A stretch of DNA of 64,000 nucleotides from Polyangiaceae bacterium (lineage in GTDB: Bacteria > Myxococcota_A > Polyangia > Polyangiales > Polyangiaceae): the NCBI GenBank assembly GCA_965222375.1, contig CBDCTZ010000016.1:1248001-1312000 (forward strand), given 5' to 3'. The first letter of the stretch is position 1, and each line of letters starts with the position of its first letter. The notes beneath the pieces are model-generated. The model did no database searches. It was not told where the DNA came from and was given only the letters and a program-made list of their open reading frames with translations. Of this stretch, positions 27,620 to 37,049 are shown piece by piece. Both the position numbers and the translations under genes were made by a program.

Positions 27620-27708
27620 CTAGCGGAGTTGCCTTGCGACAGCTTGCCTCGTAGCCGTCGACGCGTCGCGGCGTGGCGGATTGCCCGTCGCGGCGCTACA
27701 CTTCTAGA

Positions 27709-28338
27709 GTGCCCCGGTTTTGTTTGCTCGCCGCGGCTCTGTTGGTCCTGGCGTGTAACCCCGCGCAGCAAGCGGCGCCCGCCGCGCCAGACCAGGCGGA
27801 GTCCGCGCCGCTATCGCTGTACAATCCAGTCCCCGTCGTCGTCAGTGTGGACTTGGATGAGCTGCGCTTCGTGGGAATGGACGATGGGCCTGTGCCCGAC
27901 TTTCGGGTCCGAACGCCCGACGGCAAGACCATCGAGTCCAGCGACCTGGTTGGGGATCGCGCGTTTGTCGTGGTCTTCTTTGCGACCTGGTGCCCCGACT
28001 GTGACGCCAAGCTCCGAGCTTTGAGTCGGGCACTACATCGAAGTGGCGCGTCAATCACGGTCTTTGGTGTCTCCTTGGACGACGCGAGGACCTGGCATCG
28101 CGTACCCGGTTACGTCAAGGGGCGCGGTCTCGACATGCCGGTGGCCTCCGCCCTGGAAAACCCAGCTTTCTTCCTGTCCTACAACCCTTTCGACACGGTG
28201 CCCTTGGTTGTCGTCGTGGGGCAGAACGGCGGCCTGGTGGACTACCAGTTGGGCCTGAAGCCCGGTGACGAAAAACGGCTGGTCGCTGCCTTGGACCTCG
28301 CCAAGCGGATTGGTCCCCTGAAGCGCCAGTCGCCCTAA
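27709..28338 (+). CDS. TlpA/ResA-like thioredoxin-fold lipoprotein
   Basis: Lipobox VLAC; FFATWCPDC; cis-Pro motif TVP. GTG start 6 nt after TACACT. Confidence 0.88.
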   Translation: MPRFCLLAAALLVLACNPAQQAAPAAPDQAESAPLSLYNPVPVVVSVDLDELRFVGMDDGPVPDFRVRTPDGKTIESSDLVGDRAFVVVFFATWCPDCDAKLRALSRALHRSGASITVFGVSLDDARTWHRVPGYVKGRGLDMPVASALENPAFFLSYNPFDTVPLVVVVGQNGGLVDYQLGLKPGDEKRLVAALDLAKRIGPLKRQSP

Positions 28339-29390
28339 CGCCGGCCGGCGCCTTTGCGTGTGACCGTCAAGAGCGCGGTGTGGGGGCTGGTCTCAATGCT
28401 CAGCAGCTCGTTCTCTCCGCGAGCGAGACGATGGCTTCCCGCGTAGGCGATCATTGCCGCGTTGTCGGTGCAGGCGACAACGGGTGGGATGCAGAGCTTC
28501 AGCCCGGCCCGTGCCGCGGCTTCCGCGGCCGTCTGCCTCAGCTGTCGATTCGCTGCTACGCCACCGGCCAGCACCACCGTGCCGACCTGTTCGCGCTTCG
28601 CCGCACGCATGCTCTTGTCGACCAAAGTGTCGACGACCCGAGACTGAAACGCGGCGCATAGATCTCGGAGGGAAGAGTCATCTCCAGGGCGCCCGTGGTC
28701 GCGTACCCAGCGCATGACCTGGGTCTTCAGTCCAGAGAAGCTGAACTCGAAAGAGCGACGCGCCGGCATCGGCTTGGAGAGCGCAATCACACTGGGATCG
28801 CCCTCCCCAGCGAGGCGGTCGACCACGGGTCCGCCGGGATACCCCAGACCGAGGAGCTTCGCGACTTTGTCGAAGGCTTCGCCGGCGGCGTCGTCACGGG
28901 TGGCGCCTAATTCTTGGATTTGATCCAGATCGAACCCATCCACGCGGTAGAGGGCAGTGTGGCCACCGGACGCCAGCAAGGCGACAAAGGGCAACTCAGG
29001 CGGTGGGGCGCTGTTCGGGAGTCTCAGGAAGGCGGCTAGCAGGTGGCCGACGAGGTGGTCGACTCCGACGATGGGCTTGCTGAGCGCCCAGGCCAAACCG
29101 CGAGCGTAGCCCGTTCCGACCAGAAGGGCGCCACTCAGGCCGGGGCGACACGTGACCGCGATCCCGTCGATTTCCGCAAAGTCGAGCTGCGCTTTCTGCA
29201 GCGCCTGTTCGACCACGGGATCCAGATTCTGCATATGATCCCGAGAGGCAAGCTCGGGCACGATGCCGCCGTAGGGTGCGTGCACTTCGATCTGCGTGTG
29301 CACCACCTGCGACGACACCGTGCCATCCGACTGCACCACCGCCGCTGCGGTTTCGTCGCAGGACGTTTCGATGCCGAGTACGCGCATCAA
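28335..29390 (-). CDS. tsaD: tRNA N6-threonylcarbamoyladenosine transferase TsaD
   Basis: LGIETSCDETAAAV, GGIVPELASRDH, HLVGH, SGGHT, DDAAGEAFDKVAKLLGLGYPGG, FSFSGLKT and CTDNAAMIA. Confidence 0.98.
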   Translation of the reverse strand: MMRVLGIETSCDETAAAVVQSDGTVSSQVVHTQIEVHAPYGGIVPELASRDHMQNLDPVVEQALQKAQLDFAEIDGIAVTCRPGLSGALLVGTGYARGLAWALSKPIVGVDHLVGHLLAAFLRLPNSAPPPELPFVALLASGGHTALYRVDGFDLDQIQELGATRDDAAGEAFDKVAKLLGLGYPGGPVVDRLAGEGDPSVIALSKPMPARRSFEFSFSGLKTQVMRWVRDHGRPGDDSSLRDLCAAFQSRVVDTLVDKSMRAAKREQVGTVVLAGGVAANRQLRQTAAEAAARAGLKLCIPPVVACTDNAAMIAYAGSHRLARGENELLSIETSPHTALLTVTRKGAGRR

Positions 29391-29893
29391 ATTCCGCAGT
29401 CGCCCGAACGCCGCTCGAGCTGGAACAGAGCGAAGCCTGGCGAGGCGTCACTCGCTGGTGGGGGCTTCAGCAATCGGATTTCCACGCTGTCGTTCTTCAT
29501 CAGAGACAAGACGCCAAGCACGGGGCCCTCGCAGGTCGACTCGATCCAAACTACGAGGTTTTCGTCCCGGCCAGTTCCGAAATCCAGCGTCGAGAGTAGG
29601 TCGTTCTGAACTTCGTCGCTAGCGCGCATGACAGCGTTTTCGAAGCGCGGCCGATCCGTACACGGGCTCGAGGCGGCATCGTCGGTCGTGATGGTCCCCG
29701 GCGTGCTCGCCCAGTTGCTCATGTCCAGTTCGAGCCGGAGGCGCATGTCCGGGGGATAGCCTTGGCGTACGAACTGAGCGCTTACGATGGAGCCGCAGTA
29801 GGCATCATCTCCGGTCGTATCAAAGCGGTCGAGGGTACGGCAGCCCGTCAGCGCTACGAGGCTCAGCATGCAGGAGAGGACAGCCGCCTTCAT
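29387..29893 (-). CDS. Hypothetical lipoprotein
   Basis: Lipobox LTGC; overlaps both neighbours by 4 nt (operon). Confidence 0.8.
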   Translation of the reverse strand: MKAAVLSCMLSLVALTGCRTLDRFDTTGDDAYCGSIVSAQFVRQGYPPDMRLRLELDMSNWASTPGTITTDDAASSPCTDRPRFENAVMRASDEVQNDLLSTLDFGTGRDENLVVWIESTCEGPVLGVLSLMKNDSVEIRLLKPPPASDASPGFALFQLERRSGDCGI

Positions 29894-32800
29894 CGCTTCC
29901 CCGACCCACCTTGGAGCAAAGATGCTGCCGTTTTTCGAACCCGAGCTTCTTCGTCCTTGTCCGCGACCTTGCGCAGGGTCGCCGCGGCGCCGCCGGCATC
30001 CACGGCGTGGAGCGCTCGCACCGCGGCTTCGCGAACGAGGGCGACCTTGTCGCGAGTGGCGGCCTCGGTCAGGGCCTTGGACGCCCTACCTCGATCTGCT
30101 CCGGTGGCCACGGCGGCCAGGGCTCTGGCGGCGCGCACTCGAATCGGCCAGCTCTCCGAGGGTGCGAGCAGTTTGATCACCGCCGCGGACGCCCCGGGCG
30201 GTCGAGCGGCGACAATGGTCTCGAGTGCAGCGCGTCGCACGCTGTTCTCTCTATCCGACAGAGCCGCGAGCACCGCCTTGCGGGCGGCCGATTCGCTTCG
30301 AGTCCCCAACAGGCGTACCGCAAGCACACGGGTGTCGGTGGTTGGATGCGTTGAAAGAACCACGAAGGCAGGGGTCACGGCCTTGGCGATGCCTTCCGCC
30401 GCCTTCTCTGCACGCTTGACCAGAGCGGGGCTTTGCCCCGTGAGTCCAGCCGTCAGCGCGCCGTAGGCTGGCTTGCCGTTGCGTGCCAGCAGCGCTTCCG
30501 CCACCGCTCGCGCGCGATTCTGGGAGCTCTGAGCAGCTGCCACGGCCGCGTTGGACAGTGCGGGCGCGATCTTGAGCAGCGCTTCCGCCCGCTCCTTGGC
30601 GTCGTAGCCCGAGGGCACCAAGCGCCGCAGCAGGTCCGAGACGTCTACACGCGTGTCGGGCACCGCGAAGGGGTCTCGCTGGTTCTTCACCCGTCCGCTC
30701 GCATGCACAACTGCAGCGGCGACCCCGGCGCTCACCATTTCTCGGTTGTCGCTCACCAATGCTTCTGCAATGGCGCGGGGCGCACCGGCGGCGCCCAGCC
30801 GTGACAGTGCTACCAAGGCGGTTGCGCGCACGAGGGGATCGCTGGCTTCGGACAGTTCGGTCAGGACTCCGGTGCTGTCCGCGTGGCCGATCTCACCAAG
30901 GGCGAATGCTGCGGCTGCGCGGGGTGTGGCGCCAGCTTGCAGGGACCGCGCAACGCGATGCAGGGCAGCTTTGGACTTCTTGTCCTTGCTCAGCCCTAGC
31001 CCAAGGGCACCCAGGGCTCGAATGCTCGGAGCTTCACTGGCGAGCATCTTGGTCAGCAGAGGCCGGGCGCTGGGATGGCGCAGCTTGGCCACACCCCAGG
31101 CGGCAGCGGAGACGACCGGGTCCGACTCATCTGCCACGACTTGCCCGCCTGGGGCGAGCAGCTCGGTGATCTTCCCGAGCATGGCTGGGTCCGCCAAAGC
31201 CCCGACGGCGATCATCGCGCGGGCCCGGAGCTCGCTGTCAGCGCTGCCGGTCGCGAAGGCAAAAAGGGCCGGGCCGGCACTCTTGTTCTCGATGTAGGAG
31301 AGCAGCTCGATGGCGATGCGCTGCTGTGACTCCCGCTCGTCTGACAGGGCGTCGAGCAACGGCTTCACGGCGCGTTCGCCGACCTTGCGCAGGGCCTTCC
31401 GCGCCGTTTCCGCTTCCTTGGGATCTTCGCTCTTAGTGCGGTGCGCAAGGGGGAAAGCGATCGCTCCGTAGATGTCGACCAGCAACCTGCGGTAGATCGG
31501 TTTCTGCGGATTGCCGAGGGCAACCGGTAGTAGTTCTTTTTCCAGACTCTCCAGAGTGCCGCGACCCAAATTGACCTGCATGCTCACCCGAGCCGCCTGA
31601 GCGACGAGCTCTTCGTCCGGGGAGGCGCGCATCACCCGGCGCAACAACAGATCCGCTTCTTCCGCTTTGCCCTGGCTGATCAGTAGCTCCGCCAGCTGGA
31701 AGTAGACCGCGAACATTCGGTCGTTCTTCTGAATTGCCTGGCGAAAGGCTGAGATGGCTTTGCCGGTCTCCTGTCGACGTCGGTACATTTCGCCGAGCTT
31801 GCGGTGTCCGTCCGCGTCGTCCGGGGATAGCTCGACTGCCCTTGCCGCATAGCGGATCGCGTCGTCGTCCTGGTACAGCTCAGCGGCGTACTGGGCCATG
31901 CGCTGGTAGGCTTCTCGCGCGCGCTTGGGATCTGCCGAGATCAGCTTCCTCAGCACCGCGATGGCCTGCTTGAGCTTGCGCTGCAATACGAGCACCCGCT
32001 CCAGGCGCCCGAGGCTGACCGCGTCGCCGGGCGCGTTCTTCACGACAATCTTGAGGGTGCGCTCCGCGTCCGCGTAGCGACGCAGGCGTACTTGAACCTC
32101 AGCGAGCAAGCGCCCCGACTCCAGATCCGGCGGCTTGCTTCGGAGCTTTCGCGCCAAGGGTGCAGCCCGTTGCTCCAATTGGCCCGAGAGGCTCCACAGC
32201 GTGACGATGTGCTGTCGCGCTTCCCTCTCGACGTATTTGTTGCCGCCGGAATCCAGCAACAGCTTCTCCCAGATCCGGCGTGCTTCTTCGTACTGTCTGT
32301 TGCGCGCCTCTTTGCTGCCGGCAGCGGAACCTGTCCGCTCCAGCGCCAAGGCGTAGGCTTTCTTGTACTTCAAGCTTTTCGGCTTGAGCTTCATTGCCGC
32401 GCGGAGGGCCTTGATCGCCTCCTTGGGCATGTCGTGCTCTAGATAGACTTCGCCCAGGGTGTGCTGGGCGCGGGCCTTGTCGGGCACCAGCGTTTTGATC
32501 CGGTTCCAGGTCGCCAGCGCCTTCTTCTTGTCGCCCTCCTGCCAGTAGCGAGCTCCGAGTTCTACGAGATGGCGCGGGTCTCGGGAGCCCATCTTGCCCA
32601 GGCGCTGCAGCACCGCGAGGGCGCGCTGCTTTTCCTCGACTCGTTCGTAGAAATCCACGAGGGCCGCGAGGGTTTCCTCGTCCTTGCCGGAGCGTCCCTC
32701 CAGCTGCTTCAGGTGCTCCAGAGCCTTCTTGCGGTCGCCTCGCTGGATCAGCGCCTCCGCCAACTGGAACACATAGTCGGGATTCCGAGGTGCTGCTCGA

Positions 32801-34044
32801 ATCAGCGCGGCGTACTCACGAATGGCTTCGTCGAGTTCGCCCTGGATCTGAAGCAGCTGCACTACCTTGAGTCGCGTGCCGATGTCCTTGCTCTTCTTGG
32901 CTAGCGCCTTCTTGTAGGTCTTGAGCGCCTTCTTGACCTGGCCCGTCTCTTCATACAGTCGACCCAACATGCGGATCTCTTCGAACTCGCGTGCGCCGCG
33001 CTTCTCGATTTCAGCGACCAGCTCCCGAAGGCGGTCCTCGGCGCGATACACCTCGGTGATGATCTCGTAGATCTCTGCGCGAATGCCCGATTGCGCGCCG
33101 GCTATGCGCAGCGCGCGGCGCAGGGTCTTCATGGCCTCTTTGCGTTGACCCTTCTTGGCCAGCGCCTTGCCCAGATCCCGAAGCGCGGGCGCCAGCACCC
33201 GGTTGTCACCGGATGCGGCTTTGACCACGGAGCGGTACTCGGTGATGGCCCGCGCATAGTCCGCGCGCAGCATGAACTCTCGGGCTAGCTCGCCCTTTAC
33301 GTAGAAAGAGCCCTTGGCGCGTTTCACCAGCGCCCGATGATGCTTTTTCGCGTCGGCGAAGCGCTTCAGATCCAAGCTGAGTTGCATCATCGTGCGAAGG
33401 GTCTGCTCTTTTTCCGCATTGGATTTGAGAAGTGGGAGGGCCTTCTCATAGCGTGCGAGGGCCCCAGCTTTGTCGCCGCGGTCGAAGAGCACATGGGCCA
33501 ACGCCATGCTGGCCGCTGGGTCATTGGGGTTCCTTGCGATGGCCTTTTCGTAGGTCGCAATGGCCCGCGCTCGCTGCCCGTCTTGCTTGTAGATCCCTGC
33601 AAGGGCGACTAGCGCATTGGGCTGCTTGGGATCGGCCGCGCGCTTTTCGAAATCCGCGACCAGCTTGTCGAGGTTGCCGTCGCGCTCGCGATACAGCCCG
33701 GCAAGCCTCTGGAGTGGAAACTGGGATGCCGGCTGGGACAACACGATCCCCGTGTAGCGGGCGATCAGCGCGTCCTTGCTCGGACCCTTTGCGCCAGGCT
33801 TCTTGCCACCGGGCTTCTTGCCGCCGGGCTTCTTGCCTCCCGGCCTTTTGCCGCCGGGCTTGGGTCGCCCTCCTGGGCGGAAGCCGCCAGGCTTCGGACG
33901 CTTCCCACCAGGCTTGGGCTTCTTCCGGCCCCCAGGATTGAATTGGGCTAGCACGGACGATGTGCTGCCGGGGGCGGCGGCCGGCGACTCGGCGAGGAGC
34001 GCGAAGGCGGCCAATACCGCGAGGGAGCGAGTTCGAAACCTCAA
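29890..34044 (-). CDS. Large secreted TPR + HEAT-repeat protein
   Basis: Signal peptide, KPGG repeats, many TPR units (AIATYEKAIARNPND, AIREYAALIRAAPRNPD) and C-terminal HEAT-like units (DPLVRATALVALSRL, VREAAVRAL). Confidence 0.88.
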   Translation of the reverse strand: MRFRTRSLAVLAAFALLAESPAAAPGSTSSVLAQFNPGGRKKPKPGGKRPKPGGFRPGGRPKPGGKRPGGKKPGGKKPGGKKPGAKGPSKDALIARYTGIVLSQPASQFPLQRLAGLYRERDGNLDKLVADFEKRAADPKQPNALVALAGIYKQDGQRARAIATYEKAIARNPNDPAASMALAHVLFDRGDKAGALARYEKALPLLKSNAEKEQTLRTMMQLSLDLKRFADAKKHHRALVKRAKGSFYVKGELAREFMLRADYARAITEYRSVVKAASGDNRVLAPALRDLGKALAKKGQRKEAMKTLRRALRIAGAQSGIRAEIYEIITEVYRAEDRLRELVAEIEKRGAREFEEIRMLGRLYEETGQVKKALKTYKKALAKKSKDIGTRLKVVQLLQIQGELDEAIREYAALIRAAPRNPDYVFQLAEALIQRGDRKKALEHLKQLEGRSGKDEETLAALVDFYERVEEKQRALAVLQRLGKMGSRDPRHLVELGARYWQEGDKKKALATWNRIKTLVPDKARAQHTLGEVYLEHDMPKEAIKALRAAMKLKPKSLKYKKAYALALERTGSAAGSKEARNRQYEEARRIWEKLLLDSGGNKYVEREARQHIVTLWSLSGQLEQRAAPLARKLRSKPPDLESGRLLAEVQVRLRRYADAERTLKIVVKNAPGDAVSLGRLERVLVLQRKLKQAIAVLRKLISADPKRAREAYQRMAQYAAELYQDDDAIRYAARAVELSPDDADGHRKLGEMYRRRQETGKAISAFRQAIQKNDRMFAVYFQLAELLISQGKAEEADLLLRRVMRASPDEELVAQAARVSMQVNLGRGTLESLEKELLPVALGNPQKPIYRRLLVDIYGAIAFPLAHRTKSEDPKEAETARKALRKVGERAVKPLLDALSDERESQQRIAIELLSYIENKSAGPALFAFATGSADSELRARAMIAVGALADPAMLGKITELLAPGGQVVADESDPVVSAAAWGVAKLRHPSARPLLTKMLASEAPSIRALGALGLGLSKDKKSKAALHRVARSLQAGATPRAAAAFALGEIGHADSTGVLTELSEASDPLVRATALVALSRLGAAGAPRAIAEALVSDNREMVSAGVAAAVVHASGRVKNQRDPFAVPDTRVDVSDLLRRLVPSGYDAKERAEALLKIAPALSNAAVAAAQSSQNRARAVAEALLARNGKPAYGALTAGLTGQSPALVKRAEKAAEGIAKAVTPAFVVLSTHPTTDTRVLAVRLLGTRSESAARKAVLAALSDRENSVRRAALETIVAARPPGASAAVIKLLAPSESWPIRVRAARALAAVATGADRGRASKALTEAATRDKVALVREAAVRALHAVDAGGAAATLRKVADKDEEARVRKTAASLLQGGSGKR

Positions 34045-34285
34045 GACACCGTTAGACTAGTCCGAGGATAAAACGCCGCAAAGCACTGGACATATTTCCG
34101 GCACATTGGCCTTTTGACCCGGAAGGCCAGCTCTGCGTGGGTTTGTCCGGGATCTTCCGACTGACTGGCGATCGAGCCGAGTGCCTCTCCGGAGCCCCTG
34201 GCCTGGAAAGGCTTGCCGCGGGCGTCAGCCCGGCAGTCTGGGAACTCGAAGCAGCGCGGCGACCCGCCGCGTTAGCCTCGGGATG

Positions 34286-35176
34286 TCACTTCGTCGCTGT
34301 GAAGTTGCAGCTCACGGCGCCCCCGCAGGTGCCGGTCCAAGTCGACGCTGTGACAGCGGCGTTGCAGGTGAACGCACCCAGCGTGCTTTGGCACGCCAAG
34401 GTCATGTTGGCGATGGACACGGCTCCGGTGCATGTAGCGCCTCCCAGGCCGGTCCCGCAGGAGATCGACACCGCGCAACCCGTCTGCGCGACGGTGCAAG
34501 TCCCTGCTCCGCATGTGCCGGCGATCGTCCAAACTCCAGACAATGGCGGGCACGCCGGGTTGCCTCCGCCTGAGCCACCCGCACCTGCGCTGCCACCCGC
34601 ACCTGCGCTGCCACCCGCACCTGCGCTGCCACCCGCACCTGCGCTGCCACCCGCACCTGCGCTGCCACCCGCACCTGCGCTGCCACCCGCACCTGCGCTG
34701 CCACCCGCACCTGCGCTGCCACCCGCACCTGCGCTGCCTCCCGCACCGGCGCTGCCGCCAGCTCCCGCACTGCCACCGGCGCCCGCGCTGCCGCCAGCTC
34801 CCGCACTGCCACCGGCGCCCGCGCTACCACCCGCGCCCGCGCTGCCGCCAGCTCCCGCACTGCCACCGGCGCCCGCGCTACCACCCGCGCCCGCGCTGCC
34901 GCCAGCTCCCGCACTGCCACCGGCGCCCGCGCTGCCACCCGCGCCGCCCGTAGCGGCTCCACCTGTATTGATGGCGCCGCCTGTGTTGGTCCCGCCTCCA
35001 GTTGCGTTACCACCGGTACCGAAGGCGCCGAAACCGCCGCTACTCGTGGCGCCGGTACCCGTCGCGCCGGTGCCCGTCGCGCCGCCCGTGCCGGTGTTGG
35101 TGTTGCTGTCGCTACCGCAAGCGAGGGGCAACGCAAGCGTGGCGAGACACAAACTAGAAAAGACGGGGATGCGCAT
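34286..35176 (-). CDS. Lipoprotein with a long (SAGAGG)n linker and a small Cys-rich C-terminal domain
   Basis: Lipobox PLAC; 20 hexapeptide repeats; Cys-rich beta domain. Confidence 0.82.
   Translation of the reverse strand: MRIPVFSSLCLATLALPLACGSDSNTNTGTGGATGTGATGTGATSSGGFGAFGTGGNATGGGTNTGGAINTGGAATGGAGGSAGAGGSAGAGGSAGAGGSAGAGGSAGAGGSAGAGGSAGAGGSAGAGGSAGAGGSAGAGGSAGAGGSAGAGGSAGAGGSAGAGGSAGAGGSAGAGGSAGAGGSAGAGGSAGAGGSAGAGGSGGGNPACPPLSGVWTIAGTCGAGTCTVAQTGCAVSISCGTGLGGATCTGAVSIANMTLACQSTLGAFTCNAAVTASTWTGTCGGAVSCNFTATK
34575..34934. repeat. 18-bp coding tandem repeat (20 units)
   Basis: Nine perfect CCACCCGCACCTGCGCTG units (34575-34736) followed by 11 synonymous variants with a 54-bp higher-order period. 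Confidence 0.95.
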
Positions 35177-35339
35177 TGTGAAAGCCTTTCAGTGTCCAAG
35201 CGAGGGAAGAGAATAGCGGTACCCAATACGTTCACCAACCGTCCGCGCCACTGCAGCGACATCATTGGTTTTTGGTCAGACAACTTGGAGGCACGTCCAA
35301 CAGATTCGGCGCGCAGGGTACCGTCGCGCACCACCGAGA

Positions 35340-35861
35340 TCGTCCGAGAGCGCGCGGGGCCGCCGCCCCTGCTCGCAGCCCTTGCTGCGGCCGCCGTCTT
35401 CGTCGCTCGCTGAAGTGAATCTGATGACGGCAACCCGATCGCTGGCGGAGGCAGGGGTGGTGGCGCCAAGGGCGAACCTCAACGGAGTCGCCCAAAGCGG
35501 GTGGAACCGGGGAGGCGCTGATAGTCAGCGATACGAGCAAGAACGCGGCGACAGAGCTTCGCGACGCATTGCTGAGTGTCGCGACTGCGCCGCTTGCCTG
35601 CGACTACGCGCTCCCGATTCCTGATGATGGTGGTACGGCCATCGTAGGCAAGATCAACGTCGAGTTCACCGCTTCCAATGGGCAAAGCGCATCTTGACCT
35701 GGGTGCCGAGTGCCGCGGACTGCAACGAAGTCAGCGACGGTTGATACTACGGTAGTCCGAGCGCGCCGAGTCGGATCATGATTTGCCCGAACACCTGCAC
35801 GATCTTCGGCACAGGCACCTTGGATATCCTGCTCGGCTGCGACACCGTAGTCGTGCGCTGA
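35340..35861 (+). pseudogene. Degraded myxobacterial VWA-type lipoprotein gene (signal region fused to C-terminal part)
   Basis: Piecewise translation gives LLAALAAAAVFVAR*SESDDG, NLNGVAQSG/GTGEALIV...ALLSVATAPLACDYALPIP...KINVEFT, and WVPSAADC...G*YY...RIMICPNTC...LDILLGCDTVVVR*. At least two frameshifts and two stops. Confidence 0.7.
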
Positions 35862-35979
35862 CGTCCTTCGCACTCACGCGCTGGCGGCGCTCCACTCGCA
35901 CTAGCGCGAGATTAGGGCACCAGAGACGCACCAGTGCTCGACCCCAAATCCAGAAATGATCGGGAGGTTCTAGGAGAGT

Positions 35980-36882
35980 TCAAGGCGCGGGCAGCGGGGG
36001 TTCGCTACCCGGATTCGGGGGTGTGCCGCCACCCGGATTCGGGGGTGTTCCAGGGCCGCCGCCGCCACCTCCAGGCAGGCCGGGGATCACGCCACCGCAA
36101 GTCTGCGCACAATTGGTGACGAAGCACTGCAGGGCTTGGAACGCCTGCAAGCCGGCCTGAATATTGCCGTTGAAACAACCCAACAAGCACTGGAAGTCGA
36201 GACCGCCGCCACCGCCGAGGCAAGTCTGAACCGCGCATATCGCCCCGTCACGACAGGGTTGGCTGAACAAGCACTGTGCGACCCCCGGACACTTGTTCTG
36301 GATGCAGCTCACGCACGCGAGAGGGCCTGTTCCGCCGCTGCCGCCGGTGTTGGCGCCGCCGGTGCCGGTGATGCCACCGGTGCCACCACCGCCGCTGCCG
36401 CCCGTGCCGCTCGTTGGGCAGGGGCAACCCTCAGCTTGGCGACAAGCTCCGACCTGTTCTGCGACGTTGGTGGCGAGGCCGAAGGGGCCACCATTCTGAT
36501 CGATGACCTGCTGACAGGGTCCGTTATAGCAATCGAGGCCCACGCATCCGTTCTTGTCACCGCACTCAGTGATGGCGGTGCAGCCTGTTGCGGTTTGACA
36601 GTCCGCCCATGCTCCAGGACAGGAGTCGCAGGTGCATACCTGACACTCGGTGTCCGCCACGCAGCTGCCGCCACCGACGCCAGCAGACCCACCGATCCCT
36701 GCAACGCCCGCACTGCCGCCACTGCTACTCCCCCCAGAGCTCGTGCCCCCGACACCCGCGCCGCCTGCAACGCCCGCGCTACCTTCGGGTGGAACTCCGA
36801 AATCGATCGTCGATCGTCCGCAAGACAGAGCCAGCATGATGGCGCTGCTCGCCAGACCGAGCCGCAGAACGTCCGAGCGCAT
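35980..36882 (-). CDS. Gly/Cys-rich lipoprotein
   Basis: Lipobox ALSC; two Cys-rich modules separated by Gly linkers; GTPPNPG repeats at the end. Confidence 0.8.
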   Translation of the reverse strand: MRSDVLRLGLASSAIMLALSCGRSTIDFGVPPEGSAGVAGGAGVGGTSSGGSSSGGSAGVAGIGGSAGVGGGSCVADTECQVCTCDSCPGAWADCQTATGCTAITECGDKNGCVGLDCYNGPCQQVIDQNGGPFGLATNVAEQVGACRQAEGCPCPTSGTGGSGGGGTGGITGTGGANTGGSGGTGPLACVSCIQNKCPGVAQCLFSQPCRDGAICAVQTCLGGGGGLDFQCLLGCFNGNIQAGLQAFQALQCFVTNCAQTCGGVIPGLPGGGGGGPGTPPNPGGGTPPNPGSEPPLPAP

Positions 36883-37049
36883 TGGGCCTCCTCTTGCCGC
36901 GAAAGCGGCGGCGAGTTCATATCACAAATAGGACGCGCCAGCAGGTGCTGCGGGCCGGCGGTGGGGCAGCTGGCACGGAATTCTCAAGCACGCTTCGACG
37001 CCAAGACGAGCGATGAAACCCCGCTTGTTTGGCACATGAGGTGGCTCAA

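Noticed and set aside
34045..34285. Possible ncRNA or riboswitch upstream of the TPR/HEAT operon
   Set aside because: Only short GC-rich hairpins, with no family motif I can recognise.
34137..35216. Pro-rich (PAPALP)n plus-strand ORF
   Set aside because: Antisense of the Gly-rich lipoprotein, which has the signal peptide and lipobox. The same applies to 50321-50776 and 53786-54622.
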